DNA of 32,000 nt, taken from assembly GCF_000007985.2 (NCBI RefSeq), contig NC_002939.5, forward strand, positions 1,500,001 through 1,532,000, written 5' to 3'. How positions within the stretch are numbered: position 1 is the first letter of the stretch; each line of letters starts with the position of its first letter. Positions 16,944 to 27,800 of this stretch are shown here, piece after piece. The translations under genes and the position numbers were made by a program. The DNA is from Geobacter sulfurreducens PCA. Its GTDB lineage: Bacteria > Desulfobacterota > Desulfuromonadia > Geobacterales > Geobacteraceae. A model generated the notes under the pieces. That model ran no database searches. It was not told the origin of the DNA and worked only from the letters and a program-made list of their open reading frames with translations.

Positions 16944-18038
16944 ATGAAGAACTTCATCAACTTTCACATCCTGATTTCCCACAGTCCCTCCTGCCTTAAC
17001 CGCGACGATATGAACATGCAGAAATCTGCTGTTTTCGGTGGTGAGCGGCGGGTGCGCGTTTCCAGTCAAAGCCTCAAACGGGCCATCCGAAAGAGTGATT
17101 ACTATCGTCAGCACCTTGGCGAAGCGAGTGTGCGCACCAAGAAGTTGGACGAACTGATCGCGATCATAAATGATCGTCTGGCCGGACGCTACGATACCGA
17201 CCTCCTGAAGAAGACTGTTGGGCTGCTGGCCGGCAAGGAGTTAAGTGTCGAGGTTGCGACAGAAGGTGATGCCGTGGCGCCGTGGGCAATCGAAGAGGTG
17301 GCATGGTTCTGTGAGCAGGTCAAGAGGATGGTGGCGCAAGGACAGGACGAAAAAGCTCTGGGCAAATTGTTGAAGAATGAAACGGCTGCCATGCGGCAGG
17401 CTCTGGCATCCGGTGTTGATATTGCACTTTCCGGCCGCATGGCGACGTCAGGTCTCATGAGTGAACTCGGCAAGGTCGATGGTGCCTTGGCCGTTGCCCA
17501 TGTCTTGACCACCCACAGCGTTGATGCGGATATCGACTGGTTCACTGCCGTGGATGACTTGCAGGAACTGGGCTCCGGTCATCTCGATACGCAGGAATTT
17601 TCCAGCGGGGTCTTTTATCGTTATGCCAGCCTCAACGTGAAGCAGTTGCAGGAAAACCTGGGCAATGCCCCGCGCGAGAAGGCACTGGAGATCGGCGCTC
17701 ATCTGCTTCACATGCTGGCAACGATTGTCCCTTCAGCCAAACAGCAGAGCTTCGCAGCTCACAACCTGGCCGACCTTGCCCTGGTTTCCTTTTCCGATAT
17801 CCCGGTATCGCTCGCAAATGCATTCGAAAAACCTGTCCGTAGCGTCAATGGCAGCGGCTTCAAAGAGCCTTCCATTGCTGAACTGCATAACTACTGGCAG
17901 CAGATCCATACAGGTTACGGCCTTTCCGAGCGGTGCGGCGAGTTCATCCTCGGTCAGAGTAGCGTCCCTGAAGGGATCACCCGGAAGAGTACTATTGAAG
18001 AACTCAAAACCTGGGTGATGAACAACGGAGAGGGGTAA
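16944..18038 (+). CDS. cas7: Cas7e (Cse4 / CasC), Cascade backbone subunit
   Basis: The N-terminus MKNFINFHILISHSPSCLNRDDMNMQKSAVFGGERRVRVSSQSLKRAIR is nearly identical to what I recall for E. coli CasC. Confidence 0.97.
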   Translation: MKNFINFHILISHSPSCLNRDDMNMQKSAVFGGERRVRVSSQSLKRAIRKSDYYRQHLGEASVRTKKLDELIAIINDRLAGRYDTDLLKKTVGLLAGKELSVEVATEGDAVAPWAIEEVAWFCEQVKRMVAQGQDEKALGKLLKNETAAMRQALASGVDIALSGRMATSGLMSELGKVDGALAVAHVLTTHSVDADIDWFTAVDDLQELGSGHLDTQEFSSGVFYRYASLNVKQLQENLGNAPREKALEIGAHLLHMLATIVPSAKQQSFAAHNLADLALVSFSDIPVSLANAFEKPVRSVNGSGFKEPSIAELHNYWQQIHTGYGLSERCGEFILGQSSVPEGITRKSTIEELKTWVMNNGEG

Positions 18039-18040
18039 CC

Positions 18041-18721
18041 ATGCGTGATTATCTGATCCTCAAGCTGCAAGGACCCATGCAGTCATGGGGGGAGCATACT
18101 TTCGAGGGAAAGCGACCGTCCGGCAATTTCCCCACACGTAGCGCCCTCCTCGGCCTGCTCGGGGCCTGCCTGGGCATCAGGCGAAACGAGGCCGGTCGCC
18201 TGCAACAACTGGCAGACAGCGTTGCCTTTGCCGTTCGTAAGGAAGAACGCTTCCGAATTAGGCACGACGGCCGGAAAACTTCCCTGCCGATCATCAAGGC
18301 AACCGATTACCACACGGTGAGGGATGCGCGGGAGGATTATTTCGGCCTGAAAAGCCATGAGACCATTCAGACTTGGCGTGAATACCTGTTCGATGCTACC
18401 TACACCGTGGCCGTCTGGAATACCGACGTTGCGACGATATCGCTGGTTGAACTGGAACAGGCCGTAAAGTCGCCCCACTTCACCCCCTATCTTGGTCGGC
18501 GCAGTTGTCCATTGTCCCGTCCGCTGTTCGAGATGAGCTTTTCTGCAGCGAATGCCTGTGACGCTTTGCGCATGATTCCTTCGGATGGTGGGGTGATCTA
18601 CAGTGAGGAGCCGGGCGAAACACGAACCATACGGCTTCGTGACGTGCCATTGGTGCGCCAGCCACGCCAGTTTGCCAGCCGCAACGTCCATGTCTATGGA
18701 GGGGTCGATGTATCTGAGTAA
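18041..18721 (+). CDS. cas5: Cas5e (CasD)
   Basis: MRDYLILKLQGPMQSWGEHTFEGKRPSGNFPTRSALLGLLGACLGI closely parallels E. coli CasD. Confidence 0.95.
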   Translation: MRDYLILKLQGPMQSWGEHTFEGKRPSGNFPTRSALLGLLGACLGIRRNEAGRLQQLADSVAFAVRKEERFRIRHDGRKTSLPIIKATDYHTVRDAREDYFGLKSHETIQTWREYLFDATYTVAVWNTDVATISLVELEQAVKSPHFTPYLGRRSCPLSRPLFEMSFSAANACDALRMIPSDGGVIYSEEPGETRTIRLRDVPLVRQPRQFASRNVHVYGGVDVSE

Positions 18722-19316
18722 AGTCTTGATCAACGGGACAGCCTGTCGCAATCCCTACGAGATTCATCGAGTGTTGTGGAAGCTCTTTCCCGAAGATGCC
18801 GATGCCGAGCGTGATTTTCTCTTTCGTGTTGAGCGATCCGGTCAACAGAGCGTGGAGGTGTTGTTGCAGTCCCGACGTGAACCTACTATGGCTGCATCTC
18901 GTGAAGTACTCTTGATGGGAAGCAAACCCTACCTTCTCAGCCTCCAGCAGGATCAGCAGCTGCGCTTTATGCTAGTCGCCAACCCGATAAAGACGATCAA
19001 CGACGAAAGCGCGAGACTAAATAGTGCCAATGAAATAAAGAAGTGCCGCGTTCCGCTGATTCGTGAGGAGGATCTGCGTGCATGGCTGAAACGGAAACTT
19101 GAGGGCGTGGCCGTCATTGAGGCGGTCGAGGTAGAAAAGCGGCCGGCTATGAACTTTCGTAAGGCCAGGGAAAAGCGGGTCGGTAAGGTACAGGCGGTTA
19201 GTTTTCATGGTGTGTTGTCAGTGACGGACCCCGTCGGGTTGATATCCCTGATCAATACCGGCATCGGCCCTGCCAAGGCCTTTGGCTGCGGTTTGCTATC
19301 GCTGGCTAGGACATAA
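18708..19316 (+). CDS. cas6e: Cas6e (Cse3 / CasE) crRNA endoribonuclease
   Basis: The ATG at 18708 gives MYLSKVLINGTACRNPYEIHRVLWKLFPEDADAERDFLFRVE, matching the E. coli CasE N-terminus (MYLSKV...FP...RDFLF.VE). The C-terminal GIGPAKAFGCGLLSL motif is present. It overlaps cas5e by 14 nt. Confidence 0.95.
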   Translation: MYLSKVLINGTACRNPYEIHRVLWKLFPEDADAERDFLFRVERSGQQSVEVLLQSRREPTMAASREVLLMGSKPYLLSLQQDQQLRFMLVANPIKTINDESARLNSANEIKKCRVPLIREEDLRAWLKRKLEGVAVIEAVEVEKRPAMNFRKAREKRVGKVQAVSFHGVLSVTDPVGLISLINTGIGPAKAFGCGLLSLART

Positions 19317-19328
19317 ATTCTCCCCCCG

Positions 19329-19349
19329 CCCCCCTTTCATAAAGGGGGG
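19329..19349 (+). terminator. Hairpin 13 nt after the cas6e stop (9-bp stem, 3-nt loop)
   Basis: CCCCCCTTT-CAT-AAAGGGGGG. Only a weak T-rich tract follows (GAGCCTTTTC), so this may be an attenuator or processing site rather than a full terminator. Confidence 0.4.
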
Positions 19350-19379
19350 AAAGGAGCCTTTTCGGCAGGTGTGATAATA

Positions 19380-19486
19380 GGCAACAGGACTATCGGTACA
19401 AATTAACCTTAATATTAATAATACTGTTGAATAAATTAACAAATATATTAATATTTGTAGTAATAAAATTAATTTAGAGGTTAATT
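19380..19486 (+). promoter_or_regulatory. AT-rich island (about 20% GC by eye, in a high-GC window) with nested inverted repeats; candidate promoter/operator of the HTH-Fic cassette
   Basis: AATTAACCT (19401-19409) is the exact inverse complement of AGGTTAATT (19478-19486, which abuts the ATG). An extra AATTAAC lies at 19434-19440. Palindromes are TTAATATTAA (19409-19418) and TATTAATA (19446-19453). A possible -35 TTGAAT (19427-19432) and -10 TAATAT (19449-19454) are 16 nt apart. Confidence 0.5.
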
Positions 19487-19957
19487 ATGCTGCCAAGCCG
19501 AAAACGTCTCGTTCTTGAACAACTGGGGAAAACTCTCTCACGTTTCGCCGGACTACAAGCAGTATCTCCCCCGGCAAGGGGGTGGATACGAGCCATCCGG
19601 GAAGCGTTGGGGATGTCTGGCGTACAGTTTGCCGCCCGTTTGGGGGTGACGCCGCCACGGGTGACGGCGCTGGAACGGGATGAACTGTCCGGGGCCGTTA
19701 CCATGAAGACCATGCGCCAGGCTGCGGAGGCTCTGGATTGCGTGTTTCTCTATGCTCTGGTGCCGCGCACGAGCCTTGAGGAAACCATTAGGAGGCAGGC
19801 GGAGGCCGTGGCGCGTGAGCGCCTGTTGCGGGTGTCCCACACCATGATGCTGGAAAGCCAGCAGCTCTCGGAAGAGGAGATGAAACAGGCGCTGGATGCT
19901 GCGGTGGAGGAACTGGTGCGGACTATGCCGAAAGATTTGTGGAGCAAAGCCCCATGA
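19487..19957 (+). CDS. XRE-type helix-turn-helix protein (antitoxin/regulator-like partner of the Fic protein)
   Basis: 156-aa ORF. The HTH region is GWIRAIREALGMSGVQFAARLGVTPPRVTALERDE, followed by a helical acidic C-terminal half. The stop overlaps the start of the next gene (ATGA at 19954-19957). The architecture matches what I recall as the TIGRFAMs 'mobile mystery protein A' family; this is unverified here. Confidence 0.8.
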   Translation: MLPSRKRLVLEQLGKTLSRFAGLQAVSPPARGWIRAIREALGMSGVQFAARLGVTPPRVTALERDELSGAVTMKTMRQAAEALDCVFLYALVPRTSLEETIRRQAEAVARERLLRVSHTMMLESQQLSEEEMKQALDAAVEELVRTMPKDLWSKAP

Positions 19958-20538
19958 ACTTCGAGTACCCCGACGGGGCAACTCCTCTTGATTCAGATGA
20001 GGCTGAAGGGCTTCTCCTGACGCATATTACCTCACGCGGCGAGCTGGATCGCTGGGAGCAGGAAAATATCGCGGAAGGGGAGGCCTGGGCTTTCGGACGC
20101 AGGCAGAAGAATATCCTGAGCGAAGCCTTTATTCGTCGTCTGCATAAGCGGATGTTCGGCCATGTATGGCGTTGGGCCGGAGAGTTCCGCAGAAGCGACA
20201 AGAATATCGGCGTCACGTGGTGGCAGGTGCCGATTGAACTACGCAAACTGTGCGACGATGTTGTCGCCTGGATAGCGTTCGGCACCTACCCGCCCGACGA
20301 GATTGCCGTGCGGTTCCATCACCGGCTGGTGGCCATACATCCGTTTGCCAACGGCAACGGCCGGCATGCCCGGACCATGACCGACCTGTTGCTCGTCCAG
20401 GCTCTGCAGCGTCCTCGATTTACCTGGGGAAGCGGCAATCTCGTCAGTGTCGGCGACTGCCGGCGCTACTATATCGAAGCGCTTCGCGCCGCCGACCGGC
20501 ATGATTATCAACTTCTGCTGGAATTTGTGCGGATGTGA
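19954..20538 (+). CDS. Fic-domain protein (AMPylase/toxin-like)
   Basis: I prefer the ATG at 19954 (ATGA overlap); the ORF track gives GTG at 19939. A canonical Fic motif HPFANGNGRHAR (HxFx(D/E)GNGRxxR) lies at nt 20338-20373. An (S/T)xxxE(G/N)-like SDEAEG lies at nt 19993-20010. It resembles what I recall as 'mobile mystery protein B'; this is unverified. Confidence 0.88.
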   Translation: MNFEYPDGATPLDSDEAEGLLLTHITSRGELDRWEQENIAEGEAWAFGRRQKNILSEAFIRRLHKRMFGHVWRWAGEFRRSDKNIGVTWWQVPIELRKLCDDVVAWIAFGTYPPDEIAVRFHHRLVAIHPFANGNGRHARTMTDLLLVQALQRPRFTWGSGNLVSVGDCRRYYIEALRAADRHDYQLLLEFVRM

Positions 20539-20565
20539 TCCTGATTTGCCAAGGAGGTGTCAGCA

Positions 20566-21772
<1,207 letters not shown>

Positions 21773-21846
21773 CGAAACCTGTGAGAAAAGTTGGTAGGTT
21801 TGAGTTGTTTGGAAATTGCATGTGAATTCAATGATGTAGAGGAAGT
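21773..21846 (+). promoter_or_regulatory. CRISPR leader (74 bp between the cas2 stop and the first repeat)
   Basis: The segment is relatively AT-rich (…GTTGTTTGGAAATTGCATGTGAATTCAATGATGTAGAGGAAGT) and directly abuts repeat 1. Repeat orientation matches the E. coli I-E repeat (…CCCCGC…GCGGGGAT.AACCG), so transcription runs on the + strand. Confidence 0.7.
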
Positions 21847-24800
21847 GTGTTCCCCGCATGCGCGGGGATGAACCGATCGCCCTGGAGACCACCGCCCGTG
21901 ACGGCGAGTGTTCCCCGCATGCGCGGGGATGAACCGAGCCGGCGTTCAAACGCGACACTGGCGGCCGAGTGTTCCCCGCATGCGCGGGGATGAACCGGCC
22001 TGTTCCCCCTCGTCGGCCAGGTTGTTGTGGTGTTCCCCGCATGCGCGGGGATGAACCGTCGTCGAAGACATGGACCAGGCCGACGCCGTAGTGTTCCCCG
22101 CATGCGCGGGGATGAACCGTGCTCTCCGGGCTCTCCGGTCTGGTGAATTTCGTGTTCCCCGCATGCGCGGGGATGAACCGGTTTCCGGTCGCAGCATGGA
22201 GCCGATGATCGTGTGTTCCCCGCATGCGCGGGGATGAACCGCTCACCCAATGACCTGGTACTGCCCGGTATATGTGTTCCCCGCATGCGCGGGGATGAAC
22301 CGCTTCTGTCGCTCACGCTCAATGCGGTCCGTACGTGTTCCCCGCATGCGCGGGGATGAACCGCAACGGATCGACTACTGGGACTGCACTGTTTAGTGTT
22401 CCCCGCATGCGCGGGGATGAACCGATTACGCGCATGCCAGCTCCAACCATGCTCGAGTGTTCCCCGCATGCGCGGGGATGAACCGGGGGTAAAGGGGGGC
22501 ATGATGCCCCCCTCTGCTGTGTTCCCCGCATGCGCGGGGATGAACCGGCCGTTACCGGTAACCCCGGTCGTTATGATGGGTGTTCCCCGCATGCGCGGGG
22601 ATGAACCGACAGTAGCAACGATAGCGAGAGAAAGGAAAATGTGTTCCCCGCATGCGCGGGGATGAACCGGTGCTCTCGGTTCCGGTAAGACATACTATGC
22701 TGTGTTCCCCGCATGCGCGGGGATGAACCGATATTTTTGGTAATCAGCAGGGTTTTTAGTCGGTGTTCCCCGCATGCGCGGGGATGAACCGACGATACAG
22801 CAGACGATACAGGAGCAAGGACAGTGTTCCCCGCATGCGCGGGGATGAACCGTACCAGGAATGTGTTTAGAACGCTCGAGAGCCGTGTTCCCCGCATGCG
22901 CGGGGATGAACCGTTCAATGGGTTGATTTGATGGATTCCAAGCTTGTGTTCCCCGCATGCGCGGGGATGAACCGTGCCGGGGGGGTGGCGCCGGCGGTGG
23001 TGTCTTGTGTTCCCCGCATGCGCGGGGATGAACCGGTACCGGGCCGCTCCTCCATGACCAACGCCAAGTGTTCCCCGCATGCGCGGGGATGAACCGGTCG
23101 GCAGCCGGCCCTGGGTGCTCTCCTCGGGGTGTTCCCCGCATGCGCGGGGATGAACCGTAGACCTCTGCAGCGCCTTTGCCACTGCAGCAGTGTTCCCCGC
23201 ATGCGCGGGGATGAACCGTCGGCAGCGGTAAATCCGTCATGCGCCGCAAAGTGTTCCCCGCATGCGCGGGGATGAACCGCCCCTTGTCGCTGCCGGACTT
23301 TTTCTTCAGGTGTGTTCCCCGCATGCGCGGGGATGAACCGTCAGCCGGGCCGCCGACCCCAGCGCCCGGGAGGTGTTCCCCGCATGCGCGGGGATGAACC
23401 GGCCCGGTCTGGCGGGCCGACCAGATCATCACCGTGTTCCCCGCATGCGCGGGGATGAACCGAACCAGTCGGTGGCGTCGGTCTGGAAGGGGTTGTGTTC
23501 CCCGCATGCGCGGGGATGAACCGTTCAACCCATATATGGGACTATGCGGCTAGGCGTGTTCCCCGCATGCGCGGGGATGAACCGGAGGCGTAAGCATGGC
23601 AACAGAGACTCAGAACGTGTTCCCCGCATGCGCGGGGATGAACCGAGCTAGGCGACATCTCGTCTTTTGTCCGTGCCGTGTTCCCCGCATGCGCGGGGAT
23701 GAACCGCACGACTCACCGCCTGGCTGGCGGCCGACGAGGTGTTCCCCGCATGCGCGGGGATGAACCGTATTCCCAGGTTAGCGGTTGCAGCCACAGCATG
23801 TGTTCCCCGCATGCGCGGGGATGAACCGCCATCAGCAACGCCGCAGACCGCGCCGGCATCGTGTTCCCCGCATGCGCGGGGATGAACCGGCTGGTTCATG
23901 GGGCGTTCACCTCCGCAGGCCGTGTTCCCCGCATGCGCGGGGATGAACCGAGGGCCGGGCCATGATCCAGGCCGACCTCGACGTGTTCCCCGCATGCGCG
24001 GGGATGAACCGGTTTTTCTGGAGGAGGTGCCCCCCTGGCATGCGTGTTCCCCGCATGCGCGGGGATGAACCGGCTGTGTCTGCTGTGATAATCTTGAGAG
24101 TGATGTGTTCCCCGCATGCGCGGGGATGAACCGGGCGAGGTTAGGCGGAGGCTGGAGAGCATCGCGTGTTCCCCGCATGCGCGGGGATGAACCGACGAGC
24201 CACTGAAACTCAGCCCCTGGCCCAGAGTGTTCCCCGCATGCGCGGGGATGAACCGGACCACGGCTACCTCAAGAGCGTGTTGAAATCGTGTTCCCCGCAT
24301 GCGCGGGGATGAACCGCTGCCCGCCTGGGGCTTGATCTCCAGCAGGCCGTGTTCCCCGCATGCGCGGGGATGAACCGCTGCGGGAACAGCAGGCCGAACG
24401 CCTGGGCCAGTGTTCCCCGCATGCGCGGGGATGAACCGACCCCGGCAACCTGACGTGCGGCGTTTGGGTCGTGTTCCCCGCATGCGCGGGGATGAACCGC
24501 TCGCCAGGGGGCAATCTTTGCTCCTGCCACGGTGTTCCCCGCATGCGCGGGGATGAACCGATGCAGATCCTCGTCGCCTACGATACCGCCGTGTGTTCCC
24601 CGCATGCGCGGGGATGAACCGCTCGCGGTCGGAGCTGCCGGTGAGGCGGCGCCGTGTTCCCCGCATGCGCGGGGATGAACCGTGCTCTGGCCCGACACGC
24701 CTCCTGAGCAGCGCGTGTTCCCCGCATGCGCGGGGATGAACCGCCCTCCCCATCCCTGGTCGTAACCCGAAGATTGTGTTCCCCGCATGCGCGGGGATGA

Positions 24801-27800
24801 ACCGCCCAGCGGATCGTCAACGACGAGCGGCACCTCGTGTTCCCCGCATGCGCGGGGATGAACCGGTGCGCGAGGGTATTTGCGGTCAAGGGCATCGGTG
24901 TTCCCCGCATGCGCGGGGATGAACCGACCACCGCCCCCATCACCTGGACCGGCGTCAAGTGTTCCCCGCATGCGCGGGGATGAACCGAAATTAACCACAC
25001 CGGACCGCTGTTTCTCAACGTGTTCCCCGCATGCGCGGGGATGAACCGATCCTGTCGAGGCCCTGCAACTCCTGGGAGAGGTGTTCCCCGCATGCGCGGG
25101 GATGAACCGGCGAATGCCGTTCGCCCGACCTACGGTCGGACGTGTTCCCCGCATGCGCGGGGATGAACCGGGGTCTGGTCCGGTGGATGTCTATCTGTGC
25201 AGGTGTTCCCCGCATGCGCGGGGATGAACCGATGCATTCGGGGAAAGCCCTTATCGTGACATTGTGTTCCCCGCATGCGCGGGGATGAACCGCAGATGAA
25301 AGGAACCTGAAAATGGCACTCAGAGTGTTCCCCGCATGCGCGGGGATGAACCGCGACACAGGATCGCGTCGCCAGTCTTGATCTCGTGTTCCCCGCATGC
25401 GCGGGGATGAACCGGGGTATAACCCGCCTATAGACGCCGACTACGCGTGTTCCCCGCATGCGCGGGGATGAACCGATACACAAGAATGGCCGGATCGAGA
25501 TGCCGAAGTGTTCCCCGCATGCGCGGGGATGAACCGTCAATATTTTAGTTTTGCTGGTCAGGCGTTTCGTGTTCCCCGCATGCGCGGGGATGAACCGCTC
25601 GTCAGCGCCATGCTCAAAGAGGCGGCCGGGTGTTCCCCGCATGCGCGGGGATGAACCGCTGGATATCACCGAGGGGGGCGCCGTTGTCCTGTGTTCCCCG
25701 CATGCGCGGGGATGAACCGTGTCCACCCCGTAATTTCCGAGACTTTTTTAGGTGTTCCCCGCATGCGCGGGGATGAACCGAATGCACCGTCCGCAATTAC
25801 CGCTTTAGCTATGTGTTCCCCGCATGCGCGGGGATGAACCGCCTTTGTAATAGTCGAAGCCGAACTCGACGCCGTGTTCCCCGCATGCGCGGGGATGAAC
25901 CGGGTGATGTACGCCCCACCATCAATTGAGACCTGTGTTCCCCGCATGCGCGGGGATGAACCAGCCGAGCACGACGAAGAGAAACTCCGCAAGTGGTGTT
26001 CCCCGCATGCGCGGGGATGAACCGATATGGGGAACTAAGTGGAACGCCTGTGAGTCGTGTTCCCCGCATGCGCGGGGATGAACCGCGGTATCAAATGAGG
26101 CCTTCCCCTCGTCAGGGGTGTTCCCCGCATGCGCGGGGATGAACCGTATAATGAAGAAGGGAGAATTGAACAATGGGTGTGTTCCCCGCATGCGCGGGGA
26201 TGAACCGAATCGCTTTGAGGTTCGTTGCTGGAACGAGGAGTGTTCCCCGCATGCGCGGGGATGAACCGATGAGGGCTGAAAACCCGGCAATCGAACCCTG
26301 GTGTTCCCCGCATGCGCGGGGATGAACCGGTCATTTCTGTTCTCCAGCCGCTATCGCCAGCGTGTTCCCCGCATGCGCGGGGATGAACCGGCGGCCTGGA
26401 GGCGGTCGACTCCTTCACGGCCGTGTTCCCCGCATGCGCGGGGATGAACCGATGTGCGGCCCCTTCTCCTTCGGTGACTACTCGTGTTCCCCGCATGCGC
26501 GGGGATGAACCGTTTATCGTTGCGAACCGACAGAGGGTGAAATAGTGTTCCCCGCATGCGCGGGGATGAACCGGTGAGTATGCAGCAATGAACATTTCTC
26601 TCCTTGTGTTCCCCGCATGCGCGGGGATGAACCCAGATGTGTGCTGAATTCAAGAACCCGCAAGGCGTGTTCCCCGCATGCGCGGGGATGAACCGGACAA
26701 AATCAGCGACATTACCACCGTTGGCGAGTGTTCCCCGCATGCGCGGGGATGAACCGGTATTCCCTATGGCCGGAAACACCATCATCGTGTGTTCCCCGCA
26801 TGCGCGGGGATGAACCGATCGAGGATCTGCTCGTCGGTGATGGTGCCATGTGTTCCCCGCATGCGCGGGGATGAACCGTAACCATGCCCGGATCACTATC
26901 GAGTACACCGGTGTTCCCCGCATGCGCGGGGATGAACCGCGCACGAATGTCCTCGGCCCTCCATGCCGTACGTGTTCCCCGCATGCGCGGGGATGAACCG
27001 CCGTTACGCCGACCGCCGAGTTTCGGCAAAATGTGTTCCCCGCATGCGCGGGGATGAACCGCACGGAAAAGAGCCCGACTCCGTGAACCAGGCGTGTTCC
27101 CCGCATGCGCGGGGATGAACCGCAGGATGGCGTCGAAAAATACTATCGCCGGTCGTGTTCCCCGCATGCGCGGGGATGAACCGGAGTACGACTGGGTACT
27201 CATCGACGAGGCGCAGTGTTCCCCGCATGCGCGGGGATGAACCGAGCGGGTAGATGTCCTCCCGGTACTGGGATGCGTGTTCCCCGCATGCGCGGGGATG
27301 AACCGGTGCCAAACAAGCCGTCAGTGCTTTTGGCGGGCGTGTTCCCCGCATGCGCGGGGATGAACCGCTTGAGCGACCGCTTCAGAATCGGGATGAGCCG
27401 TGTTCCCCGCATGCGCGGGGATGAACCGGCGTTGCCATCTGGGTCCTGATGCTCGACCGCGTGTTCCCCGCATGCGCGGGGATGAACCGGTTTGCCGATA
27501 CGTGCCGTCCCTGCGCCGACAGTGTTCCCCGCATGCGCGGGGATGAACCGTACCCTCACTAAAGGGCAACAGCACGATTCAAGTGTTCCCCGCATGCGCG
27601 GGGATGAACCGCGCTGGCTCACCCTGGCGCAGGGTCTCCGACAGTGTTCCCCGCATGCGCGGGGATGAACCGATGAGGGATGCTTCCGAAGGTAAGATTG
27701 AGGCGTGTTCCCCGCATGCGCGGGGATGAACCGAGGTTGGGTGTGGCTTCCTACGATTTTGAGCAGTGTTCCCCGCATGCGCGGGGATGAACCGACTGTA

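Noticed and set aside
21773-21846. I looked for an IHF binding site in the CRISPR leader. The best candidate is on the minus strand around ATCATTGAATTC.
   Set aside because: It has two to three mismatches to WATCAANNNNTTR, including core positions. I left it as an open question in the array finding rather than calling a site.
22120-22151. Spacer 5 and spacer 136 (30113-30145) share a 13-nt identity (CTCCGGGCTCTCC). Adjacent spacers 115 and 116 share an 8-mer (GTGTACTT). Spacers 41 and 42 share a 9-mer (CAGCAGGCC).
   Set aside because: The flanking sequences diverge immediately on both sides, and the 13-mer is itself internally repetitive and GC-rich. Among about 10,000 spacer pairs, such short matches are near chance expectation. 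This contrasts with the 18-nt overlap of spacers 94 and 119.
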